Assembly: GCA_028700625.1 (NCBI GenBank)
Contig: JAQVSI010000001.1
Span: 7,570-71,569 of the forward strand
Origin: Candidatus Shapirobacteria bacterium
GTDB lineage: Bacteria > Patescibacteriota > Microgenomatia > UBA12405
Direction: 5' to 3'
DNA length: 64,000 nucleotides
This document shows positions 37,384 to 45,931 of the stretch, piece by piece. Under the pieces are notes generated by a model. It searched no databases. It was not told the DNA's origin and saw only the letters and a list, made by a program, of their open reading frames with translations. A program made the position numbers and the translations under genes. The first letter of the stretch is position 1. Every line of letters starts with the position of its first letter.

Positions 37384-38725
37384 AAAAATTTGTGTAACCT
37401 ATTTGCCAATTTTCTAATTTTATTTCTCTAAAATTTTCTTCGCTAGTTTTTTTATAACCTAATTTTTTTAATATTTCTTCCGAATTTATTCCATGAATTG
37501 CTTCTCCATATGGAATCACCCAAATTTGCCTTCCTTCAATCGGAGATCTTATATCTGAAATCTGAATATCTGGTCTATAATACTTAACCGGATCCCCAAA
37601 AGACCCAATCATATAAACCGTTTTATCTAAGATCTGAGATCTGCCATCTGAAATCTTTTTTACCACTCCTTTCCAATCTTCTCTATAATAATTAGGATTT
37701 AAAAGATAAGCCAAACTAAAAATTAAAAAACCGCCAACTACTAATATTTTTTGCCAAAATTTATTAGCATTTATTGCCAAAATTAAAGCCATAATTGGCA
37801 CTAAAAATAAAAATCTAAAATATTGTAAAAGCGGTGATTTTATTGAAAATAAAATGGCTAAAATTATTGGTACTGTTAAAAATATTTTTAACCAATTATT
37901 TTCTTTTTTGTTTTTTAAAATTAATCCAAAGATAATCAAACTCCAACTTCCTCCAACTAAATAATATAAAGTTTTTGGCAAAAAACTTATTTTCCCAATA
38001 CTAAATTTCAATGGAATTAACAACAGATTTTTTAAATTTACCTTACCTAAAACCAACATCCAATTAGTTACTTGAGCCAACATTATTTTTGAATTTTTAA
38101 TTTGAATTAACAAAAGGGGAGTTAAAACTATTATGGCAATTACGACTCCTATGTTAGTCAACCAAAATAATTTAAATTCTTTTTTGATTAATAAATAAAT
38201 AGCAAAAGTGGCAATTAGAAAAATTGATCCATAAAAAGTTCCAAACGCCAAAGCCATCATTAGATTTAAAATTATTAAATCTTTTATTTTATATTCTTTA
38301 TTTTTAATTTTTATAAAGTAATAAAATCCAATTATCAACCACATCGTCGCCATTGAATACATTCTTAATTCCTGTGAGTAATAAACGAACAATGGATTAA
38401 CCGCCAAAATCAAAGCCGTCCAAATTCCAATTTTTTTATTTTTAATTTTTTTACCAATTAAATAAACAAAATAAATTGTAATTAATGAAAACAAAACGGA
38501 ACTTAATCTTAAAACTATTACATTGTTTCCAAAAATATTTGTCCAAAAATTTAAAAATAGATAATAAAGTGGGGGATGAAAATCATTTATTGAAAAATTT
38601 TTAATAATTTCCCAAAATGGCATTTGAGCTACATTTGCCGAAATTGCTTCGTCTAACCATAAAGATTGATTAATTCCTATCAATCTTAAGCCTAAAGATA
38701 AAATTAAAACAACAATTATTTCCAT
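37376..38725 (-). CDS. GT-C fold membrane glycosyltransferase (ArnT/PMT family-like)
   Basis: Polytopic; first loop WLDEAISANVAQ and HPPLYY motifs characteristic of ArnT/PMT_2. Confidence 0.55.
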   Translation of the reverse strand: MEIIVVLILSLGLRLIGINQSLWLDEAISANVAQMPFWEIIKNFSINDFHPPLYYLFLNFWTNIFGNNVIVLRLSSVLFSLITIYFVYLIGKKIKNKKIGIWTALILAVNPLFVYYSQELRMYSMATMWLIIGFYYFIKIKNKEYKIKDLIILNLMMALAFGTFYGSIFLIATFAIYLLIKKEFKLFWLTNIGVVIAIIVLTPLLLIQIKNSKIMLAQVTNWMLVLGKVNLKNLLLIPLKFSIGKISFLPKTLYYLVGGSWSLIIFGLILKNKKENNWLKIFLTVPIILAILFSIKSPLLQYFRFLFLVPIMALILAINANKFWQKILVVGGFLIFSLAYLLNPNYYREDWKGVVKKISDGRSQILDKTVYMIGSFGDPVKYYRPDIQISDIRSPIEGRQIWVIPYGEAIHGINSEEILKKLGYKKTSEENFREIKLENWQIGYTNFSN

Positions 38726-38823
38726 AAAAAATTATAGCCCAAAACTATTCATAGGGCTATTTTAAAAACACCTGACAGTTGTCCTACTTTTAAATAACTT
38801 GTTTTTTATTGTAAACTTAAATA

Positions 38824-39495
38824 ATGAAAAAAGTTATTTGTATTACTGGTGGTGCCAACGGTCTTGGTCGTCAACTAGCTGCTTTTTTTTCTCGTCAAGC
38901 ACAGGTCATAATTTTTGATATTAACGAAAAATTTTTAGAAACTGTTGCTAAAAAATTCGATTGCGATTACCAGGTTTGTGATGTTTCCGATTTCTCTGTA
39001 GTTTCTGCCAGCATTAAAAATGTTATAAAAAAACATCACAAGATTGATTGTTTTATTAATTGTGCTGGTATCTATATTGATGGTGAAATCGAATCCAACG
39101 ACCCTAAATTAATAAAAAAAGTCTACGAAGTTAACAGTCTTGGCCCTGTTTTTACAACTCAAGCTTTGGTTGCTTTTTTTAAAAAACAAAAATCAGGCAC
39201 TATTATTAATATTAATTCAACTGCAGGTCTTCATCCTAAAGCTTTTAATTCGGTTTATCACTCATCAAAATGGGCTTTGAAAGGTTTTTCTGAGTCAATT
39301 CAACCAGAATTAGCCAATTTTGGTATTAAAGTTGTTGATATTTATCCTGGAGTTATGGCTACCAAATTTACCGATGGTACCAATTGTGATTTATCTAAAG
39401 CCATGGATCCACACCAAGTTGTCAAAGCCATCGATTTTGTTTTGTCACTCGACAGTGACACTATAATTTCCGAGTTGACCATCAAACATCTCTAG
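38824..39495 (+). CDS. Short-chain dehydrogenase/reductase (SDR) family oxidoreductase
   Basis: TGGANGLGRQLA Rossmann motif; YHSSK catalytic YxxxK. Confidence 0.7.
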   Translation: MKKVICITGGANGLGRQLAAFFSRQAQVIIFDINEKFLETVAKKFDCDYQVCDVSDFSVVSASIKNVIKKHHKIDCFINCAGIYIDGEIESNDPKLIKKVYEVNSLGPVFTTQALVAFFKKQKSGTIININSTAGLHPKAFNSVYHSSKWALKGFSESIQPELANFGIKVVDIYPGVMATKFTDGTNCDLSKAMDPHQVVKAIDFVLSLDSDTIISELTIKHL

Positions 39496-39528
39496 TCTAT
39501 ACTGGGATATTAACCAAATAAAACCCGA

Positions 39529-40722
39529 ATGATTTCACAACCGTTAGCTTCATTACTTCGTCCTAAAAATTTAGAAGATTTTGTCGGTCAAACTCATCTG
39601 GTTGGTCCTCAAAAACCGCTTCGTTTGGCAATCGAAAACCACCAAGTTTTTTCCATGATTTTTTGGGGTCCTCCTGGAGTTGGTAAAACCACATTAGCTC
39701 GAATTTTAGCCAGTGAAGCCGAGGCTACTATTCACGAGTTATCGGCAGTTTCTGCCAGTAAAGATGATATTAAAAAAATTATTGCCGCTTATCGTCCTAT
39801 GGAAAAGAATATTCTTTTTCTAGATGAAATTCATCGTTTTAATAAAGCTCAACAAGATTTTCTACTTCCCTCAGTTGAATCGGGAAAATTAATTTTAATC
39901 GGTGCCACCACTGAAAATCCCAGCTTTGAGGTCATTTCTCCACTTCTTTCTCGTTGTCGAGTTTTTGTTTTAAAAGAATTATCCGACGATGAAATGAGTC
40001 AAATCATCGATAAGGCAGTTCAAAAATTAGCTCCCCTGTCAAGGGGGGGTGGTCGTAAGACCGGAGGGGTTTTAATCAAAAAAGACGCCAAAGATTGGAT
40101 TATTCAAATGGCCAATGGTGATGCTCGTCAATGTATTACCATCATGGATAACGCTTTTACTCTTTATGGCGATTTAAAACTAGAAAGTTTAAAACAAGCC
40201 CTTCAAAATTCTTTTCTCCGTTTCGACAAAAAAGGTGAGGAGCATTACAATACCATTTCCGCTTTTATTAAATCCATGCGCGCCAGTAATGTCGACGCCT
40301 CTCTTTATTATTTAGCCCGAATGATTACTGCTGGTGAAGATCCAAAATTTATTGCCCGTCGTATGGTTGTTTTTGCTAGTGAAGATATTGGCATTGCCAA
40401 TTCTTCAGCCCTGATGTTGGCCAATAATGTTTTCGATGCAGTTATGAAAATTGGCTATCCAGAATGTCGTGAAAATTTAGCCCATGGCGTGGTTTATTTA
40501 GCAAAATCACCTAAAGATAGGTCAGCTTATGAAGCCTATTTATCTGCTCTTAAAGACGTTGAGATTCATGGTAATTTACCAATACCGCTTAATCTCCGCA
40601 ACCCCGAAACCAAATTAATGGAAGACATTGGCTATGGTAAAGGTTACGAAAAATATACCAAAGAGTCTCTTTTACCAAATAAAATTAAAGATAAAAAATA
40701 TTTTATTGAAAAGAAAAAATAA
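39529..40722 (+). CDS. rarA: Replication-associated recombination protein A (RarA/MgsA AAA+ ATPase), carrying an in-frame repeat insertion
   Basis: FWGPPGVGKTTLARILA Walker A, LFLDEIHRFNKAQQD, NGDARQ sensor region. Confidence 0.8.
   Translation: MISQPLASLLRPKNLEDFVGQTHLVGPQKPLRLAIENHQVFSMIFWGPPGVGKTTLARILASEAEATIHELSAVSASKDDIKKIIAAYRPMEKNILFLDEIHRFNKAQQDFLLPSVESGKLILIGATTENPSFEVISPLLSRCRVFVLKELSDDEMSQIIDKAVQKLAPLSRGGGRKTGGVLIKKDAKDWIIQMANGDARQCITIMDNAFTLYGDLKLESLKQALQNSFLRFDKKGEEHYNTISAFIKSMRASNVDASLYYLARMITAGEDPKFIARRMVVFASEDIGIANSSALMLANNVFDAVMKIGYPECRENLAHGVVYLAKSPKDRSAYEAYLSALKDVEIHGNLPIPLNLRNPETKLMEDIGYGKGYEKYTKESLLPNKIKDKKYFIEKKK
40029..40074. repeat. Palindromic element, copy 8, in frame within rarA (encodes ..APLSRGGGRKTGGVLI..)
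   Basis: AGCTCCCCTGTCAAGGGGGGGTGGTCGTAAGACCGGAGGGGTTTTA. Confidence 0.7.
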
Positions 40723-40724
40723 AA

Positions 40725-40973
40725 ATGTATTTTGTCTACATTATTCAATGTAATGATCAAACTCTTTACACTGGTATTACTACCGATCTAGACAGAAGGA
40801 TTAAAGAACATAATAATTCAAAACTCGGTGCTAAATATACTAAAATTAGACGACCAGTAAAATTAGTTTATTCAAAAGAATTTATTGACAGGTCTGAAGC
40901 TTCAAAAGAAGAATCAAAAATTAAAAAATTATCACGCCAAGAAAAATTAGATTTATTAAAAAATTTTAAATAA
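40725..40973 (+). CDS. GIY-YIG nuclease family small protein (UPF0213/YhbQ-like)
   Basis: FVYIIQCNDQTLYTGITTDLDRRIKEH matches the GIY-YIG motif. Confidence 0.7.
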   Translation: MYFVYIIQCNDQTLYTGITTDLDRRIKEHNNSKLGAKYTKIRRPVKLVYSKEFIDRSEASKEESKIKKLSRQEKLDLLKNFK

Positions 40974-41021
40974 AAACATTTAGTTTACATTATCACAATT
41001 AAATTGTGTATTATGTTATAA

Positions 41022-43139
41022 ATGTTTTCTTTACTAATCACTTTTCTATTATTTTTTATAGTTACAGTTCAACCTGTTAACGCTCAATTATTAGAAGAAT
41101 CCACTTCCAGCGCTCAAATTATCCCCACTGAAATTCCAATAACCGAAATCACACCAATCCCAACCGATATCGCTTCAACCTTAACAGAAAATATTTTAAT
41201 CCCCACCGAAACACCAACATTAACCCCAACTTTAATTCCAACTCCAACTCCAACTCCAACTCCAACTCCAAAAGTTATTGAAAGTGAATCCATAAAATTT
41301 CCCCAAATCACCACCGACAAGGCTGATTATTCTCCAACCGATATTGCTATTATTTCTGGTAATAATTTTTTATCAAATACTCAATACATTTTAAATATCA
41401 CTTCAGACAATTTAAATGTTAATTATCAAATTAATTCCGACGAATCCGGTTCTTTTATTTATAATTATCAACTCGATGGTATTTATCGACCAAATTATAA
41501 AGTTGAAGCCAGAGATTTAAACAACAATATTATTTCCTTCATCACTTTTACCGACAAAAGAAGTGTCCTTTCGGCCACTGTTAATGGACAAAATTCAATC
41601 AATGTTTTTTCCAGAGATTCAATTACTGTCGGAGTAAGTGTTAACACAGATTGGTGGTGGTTTTGGAACAATGATTGGAGATCAACTTCCTGGAGGTTTG
41701 GTAATTCTGGAGAGTGGAATTGTGTTGACACTCCAAACCATCTTAAATCAGGCGATTATTCAGAATTTTTTCAAATAAATGCTCCCATAAATCCCAAAAA
41801 ATATCAATTACAAATCAGAATTCATGGTTTAGAAAATTGTGGAATTTTATTTAAAAGTGATATTTTTACTCTAAAAGATGCTATAACAGTTTCTCTTCCC
41901 GACACCACTCCTCCAATTATTACCATCGATTTATACAACACAAATTTAACCAATCAAGATATTATTGTCTCAGCTTCTACCAATGAAGGCACTTTAAATT
42001 TTACTTCTCACACTTTTGAATCAAATGATTCTTTTACTTTTATTGCCACTGATAGTGTTGGTAACATTGCTACTGAAATTATAACTATCAATAATATCGA
42101 TAAAACCCCACCAACTCTTTTAAACAAAACCGAATTTGGAAACAGTTGGTACAACACCGATCAACTTTCAGTTTTTAATTTTACCGATGAAAATGGCGTT
42201 ATTTCTGGTAATAATCCAACTTGCCAAATTTTCAGCGAAGGTTCTTTTCAAACTTGTTCTGTTGGTTTAAATGTTTGTGATACCGCTGGTAATTGCAATA
42301 CTGATTTAATTTTTTCCAATAGTGCCAACATCGACAAAACTAAACCAATTTTGGGTTTTTCCATAACTCCATCTTCTTCTAATGCCGATAATAATTGGTA
42401 TAGAACTCAGCCAGAAATAAATTTAACTAATATTGAAAATAACCCTTTTATTTTCCAATACAAATGGGATTCTGAAAATAGTTGGACTAATTATAATTTT
42501 TGTTTAAGACCTTCTTTTGAAGGTTCACATACTCTTTATTTCCAATCTCAAGATTTGGCTGGTAATCAGACAAGTTCTCTTATTGAAATTAAATGGGACC
42601 AAACTGAACCATCTATTGCCCCTCAAAACATAAGTGCCAATCCAAACAACACTAGTAATAGTGTTTCTACTATCAAATGGGACCAAGCCATCGACAATAT
42701 TGGCATTGATAAATATGAAATTAAATGGACTTTAAATAACCCTAATAATCCATTTTCTTATTCTAAAACAGTTGGGTTTGATGTTAGAGAAACTGAAATT
42801 GATAAATTAATTGAAGGTCGTTGGACTGTTCAGGTTTTTGCTATCGATCCAAGTGGTTTAAAAAAAGACAATGCTATCGATTTATTTATTATTAAAAATA
42901 GCGAAATTATTTTTAATGATGTTCCTGTAAAAACAGTCTTGGCTCAAAAAAAATTATTAACAGAAATTAAAGATACTGATAATCAAATTATTCCGATTCT
43001 AACTTCATTTCCAACTGTTTTAGGCACTTCAACCACTAAAAAGAAATTTAATTTAAAATGGTTTCTTTTAGTTACAATTATGGTTCTTTTATATATCAGC
43101 ATCCGCAAGTACAACAATAAATCAAAAAAAATAATATAG
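41022..43139 (+). CDS. Large cell-surface protein (705 aa): signal peptide, Pro/Thr-rich linker, beta-rich repeats, C-terminal TM plus basic tail
   Basis: Architecture read from translation; (PT)n linker; C-terminal WFLLVTIMVLLYISIRKYNNKSKKII anchor. Confidence 0.45.
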   Translation: MFSLLITFLLFFIVTVQPVNAQLLEESTSSAQIIPTEIPITEITPIPTDIASTLTENILIPTETPTLTPTLIPTPTPTPTPTPKVIESESIKFPQITTDKADYSPTDIAIISGNNFLSNTQYILNITSDNLNVNYQINSDESGSFIYNYQLDGIYRPNYKVEARDLNNNIISFITFTDKRSVLSATVNGQNSINVFSRDSITVGVSVNTDWWWFWNNDWRSTSWRFGNSGEWNCVDTPNHLKSGDYSEFFQINAPINPKKYQLQIRIHGLENCGILFKSDIFTLKDAITVSLPDTTPPIITIDLYNTNLTNQDIIVSASTNEGTLNFTSHTFESNDSFTFIATDSVGNIATEIITINNIDKTPPTLLNKTEFGNSWYNTDQLSVFNFTDENGVISGNNPTCQIFSEGSFQTCSVGLNVCDTAGNCNTDLIFSNSANIDKTKPILGFSITPSSSNADNNWYRTQPEINLTNIENNPFIFQYKWDSENSWTNYNFCLRPSFEGSHTLYFQSQDLAGNQTSSLIEIKWDQTEPSIAPQNISANPNNTSNSVSTIKWDQAIDNIGIDKYEIKWTLNNPNNPFSYSKTVGFDVRETEIDKLIEGRWTVQVFAIDPSGLKKDNAIDLFIIKNSEIIFNDVPVKTVLAQKKLLTEIKDTDNQIIPILTSFPTVLGTSTTKKKFNLKWFLLVTIMVLLYISIRKYNNKSKKII
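41236..41266 (+). repeat. Hexanucleotide (CCAACT)n microsatellite encoding the PTPTPT linker
   Basis: About 5 perfect tandem hexamers. Confidence 0.6.
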
Positions 43140-43192
43140 CCCTCCTTGTCAAGGGAGGGTGGTCCCGCTGCTGCGGGACCGGGTGGGTTTTA
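43139..43192. repeat. Palindromic element, long copy 9, between convergent genes, ending at the helicase stop codon
   Basis: GCCCTCCTTGTCAAGGGAGGGTGGTCCCGCTGCTGCGGGACCGGGTGGGTTTTA. Confidence 0.75.
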
Positions 43193-44512
43193 ATATTTGC
43201 TTTCCACAAACGTCAACGCAAAACCAGTTTTATCACCTCGACCAGTTCGTCCAATTCGGTGAACATAATCTTCGTAATTGTTTGGTTTATCAAAATTAAT
43301 TACATGAGTAATATCGGCCACATCTAAGCCTCTGGCTGCCACATCAGTAGCAATTAAAATATTGATTTCGTTTTCTTTAAATTTTCTTAAAGTTGTTTGT
43401 CTTTGGTATTGAGCTTTGTCACCATGAAGTGATCCAACCCTAAATCCTTTTTGGCCTAAACCAACAGATATTTTTTCAACCATCGATTTAGTTGCTCCAA
43501 AAACCAACACTTTTTTAAATTCTTCTTGTGCTAATAATCTATGCAAAGTAATTTCTTTTTCTTCTCGTCTTACTCTAACAATGTTTTGTTCCACATTTTT
43601 AGAACTTTCTTGAGTTTTAACCGAAATTTTAGCTGGATTAGTTAAAAATGAATCAATTAAGTGTTCAATTTTTTTATTAACTGTCGCGGAAAAGAATAAT
43701 GTTTGATGAGGGGAGGGAATTTGCTTTACAATTTCTTTAATATCTTCCACAAAACCCATATCCAACATTCGATCAACTTCGTCTAAAACCACAGTATTAA
43801 GTCGAGAAAAATTAATTATTCTTCGTTTGGCTAAATCTTTAATTCTTCCTGGAGTTCCAACAATAATATGTGGATCTCTTTTAATATCCAAAATTTGTTC
43901 TCTAATATAAGCTCCGCCAATTGCTAAAGCCACATAAACTCTAAGTCCAAAAGTGAAAGATCTAATTTCTTGTTTAATTTGTTGGGCCAACTCTCTAGTT
44001 GGTGCCAAAACAATTATTCTTTTGCTTGAGTCCAATAAAATTTGATTAATTAAAGGCAATGCAAAAGCGGCAGTTTTTCCAGTTCCAGTATTGGCAACTC
44101 CTAAAACATCTCGGCCTTCTAAAATACGAGGAATAATTTCATCTTGAATAGAAGTTGGTTTTAAATAACCTTTATTTTTAATGTTGTCCATTAAAACCGG
44201 ACTAAAATCAAAATCGGAAAATTTATTTTTAACAACAACATCTTCGATTTTTATAACTGGTTCAGCTCTTCTAATAAACATTGAGGTGTCAATTCGGCTT
44301 TCAAAACTTCGGTTTTTTCGACCACCAAACCTACTGCCACTATTTCCATTTCTTGGGCTAAAATTACTTCGACCTCCAAATCGGATTTGATTACCATTGG
44401 ATTTTTGTCGACTTCTTGCACCAAAGTTATTGGTGAATTTATTCTGATACATAATATTTGTTGACCCAAACCTGTTTTTCGGCCTTAACCTAGAAACTTG
44501 CGGTGCCCACAA
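43190..44512 (-). CDS. DEAD-box ATP-dependent RNA helicase with Gly/Arg-rich N-terminal extension
   Basis: GTGKTAAF (motif I), DEVD, SAT, HRIGRTGR. Confidence 0.85.
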   Translation of the reverse strand: MWAPQVSRLRPKNRFGSTNIMYQNKFTNNFGARSRQKSNGNQIRFGGRSNFSPRNGNSGSRFGGRKNRSFESRIDTSMFIRRAEPVIKIEDVVVKNKFSDFDFSPVLMDNIKNKGYLKPTSIQDEIIPRILEGRDVLGVANTGTGKTAAFALPLINQILLDSSKRIIVLAPTRELAQQIKQEIRSFTFGLRVYVALAIGGAYIREQILDIKRDPHIIVGTPGRIKDLAKRRIINFSRLNTVVLDEVDRMLDMGFVEDIKEIVKQIPSPHQTLFFSATVNKKIEHLIDSFLTNPAKISVKTQESSKNVEQNIVRVRREEKEITLHRLLAQEEFKKVLVFGATKSMVEKISVGLGQKGFRVGSLHGDKAQYQRQTTLRKFKENEINILIATDVAARGLDVADITHVINFDKPNNYEDYVHRIGRTGRGDKTGFALTFVESKY

Positions 44513-44580
44513 AATATAAATGCACCAATTGCTTAAATCAGTCTGTAGTCTATCACAATCAACTCTAATTGCAAGCTTCT

Positions 44581-45858
44581 TTAAAGTTTACTTGCCACTA
44601 ATTGCCACAACATTACCAACATTGCCATTGTCATAAAAAATAGAGTTACTAAAGCGGCAAATCTATGTTTTTTCTTAGTTTTAAATTTACCAACAACTCT
44701 TTCATCATCAGACACTTTAATAATAATTGCAATCAACGGCACTGACGCTAAACCATTAATTATGGCTGCATAATATAAAGCATTCATCACATTAATCCCT
44801 AATAAATTTATTAAAAAACCAATTCCCGTTGCTACGGCAATAATTATGTAAAATACTTTAGCTTGGCTAAATTTTTTAGATAATCCTTCTTTAAATCCAA
44901 AAGTCTCAGATAAAGCATATGCCAAAGATCCAGCCAAAACTGGGATTGATTGCCATCCAATTCCAATTATTCCGACTGCAAATAGGATATAAGCAAAATT
45001 TCCAACTAATGGTTTTAAAGCCATTGCTGCTTGTTGTGGAGTATCTATTGAAAATATTCCGTTTGCATGTAAAGTTGCTGCTGTTGTTAACATAATTGCC
45101 AAAGCTATTAAATTAGAAAAAGCCATTCCTATTTTAGTGTCAAATTCCATTAATTTAACTTCATGTCTAGTAGTTACTGGATGAGAATTAAAATCTTTAA
45201 TTTCTCCAGTTGCGATTTGCTCTTCAACTTCTTGTGCACTTTGCCAAAAAAACAGATAAGGTGAAATGGTTGTTCCGACTAACCCAATAATAATCATTAA
45301 ATATTCCAAATTTATTTCTACCTGAGGAACAAAAGTATCCCAAACCAAATCGCTAAGATCATGTTTAACTAAAAATGCTGTTATTAAATAAACTATCAAA
45401 ACTAAACCAAGCCATTGTAAATATTTTATATATTTTCGATAAGGAATAGCAATTTGCATCCACACTATAAAAATAGCGGCCACTGCTAGCCAATAATAAT
45501 AATTAAAATCAAAAAGCATTTGCATTGATGCCGCCATTATTCCTAAATCTGCTCCAATATTAATTATATTAGCGATGGCCAAAAGTGAAGTAGCTAAAAC
45601 CAACATTCTTTTTGAATAATATTTTTTAATAATACTTGCCAACCCCTTACCACTTACCATTCCTATTCGACCACACATTTCTTGGATAGAAACCATCGCC
45701 GGCCATAAAAACAACATCATCCAATTCAATTTATATCCAAATTTTGCTCCCACCATCGAATAAGTAGCAATTCCAGAAGGATCATCGTCGGCTGCTCCAG
45801 TCACAAAACCAGGTCCAGTTTTTTTAAAAAAATCTTTAACCTTTTTTAATATCATCAC
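44581..45858 (-). CDS. Nramp family divalent metal transporter
   Basis: GPGFVTGAADDDPSGIATYSMVGAKFGYKLNWMML matches Nramp TM1 signature; ~11 TMs. Confidence 0.65.
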   Translation of the reverse strand: MMILKKVKDFFKKTGPGFVTGAADDDPSGIATYSMVGAKFGYKLNWMMLFLWPAMVSIQEMCGRIGMVSGKGLASIIKKYYSKRMLVLATSLLAIANIINIGADLGIMAASMQMLFDFNYYYWLAVAAIFIVWMQIAIPYRKYIKYLQWLGLVLIVYLITAFLVKHDLSDLVWDTFVPQVEINLEYLMIIIGLVGTTISPYLFFWQSAQEVEEQIATGEIKDFNSHPVTTRHEVKLMEFDTKIGMAFSNLIALAIMLTTAATLHANGIFSIDTPQQAAMALKPLVGNFAYILFAVGIIGIGWQSIPVLAGSLAYALSETFGFKEGLSKKFSQAKVFYIIIAVATGIGFLINLLGINVMNALYYAAIINGLASVPLIAIIIKVSDDERVVGKFKTKKKHRFAALVTLFFMTMAMLVMLWQLVASKL

Positions 45859-45931
45859 ATTAAAGATATCTGTTTTTTTTAATTAAATCTAGCCCTAAGA
45901 AAATTCAATAATTCTGTAGTAAAATGAAGCC

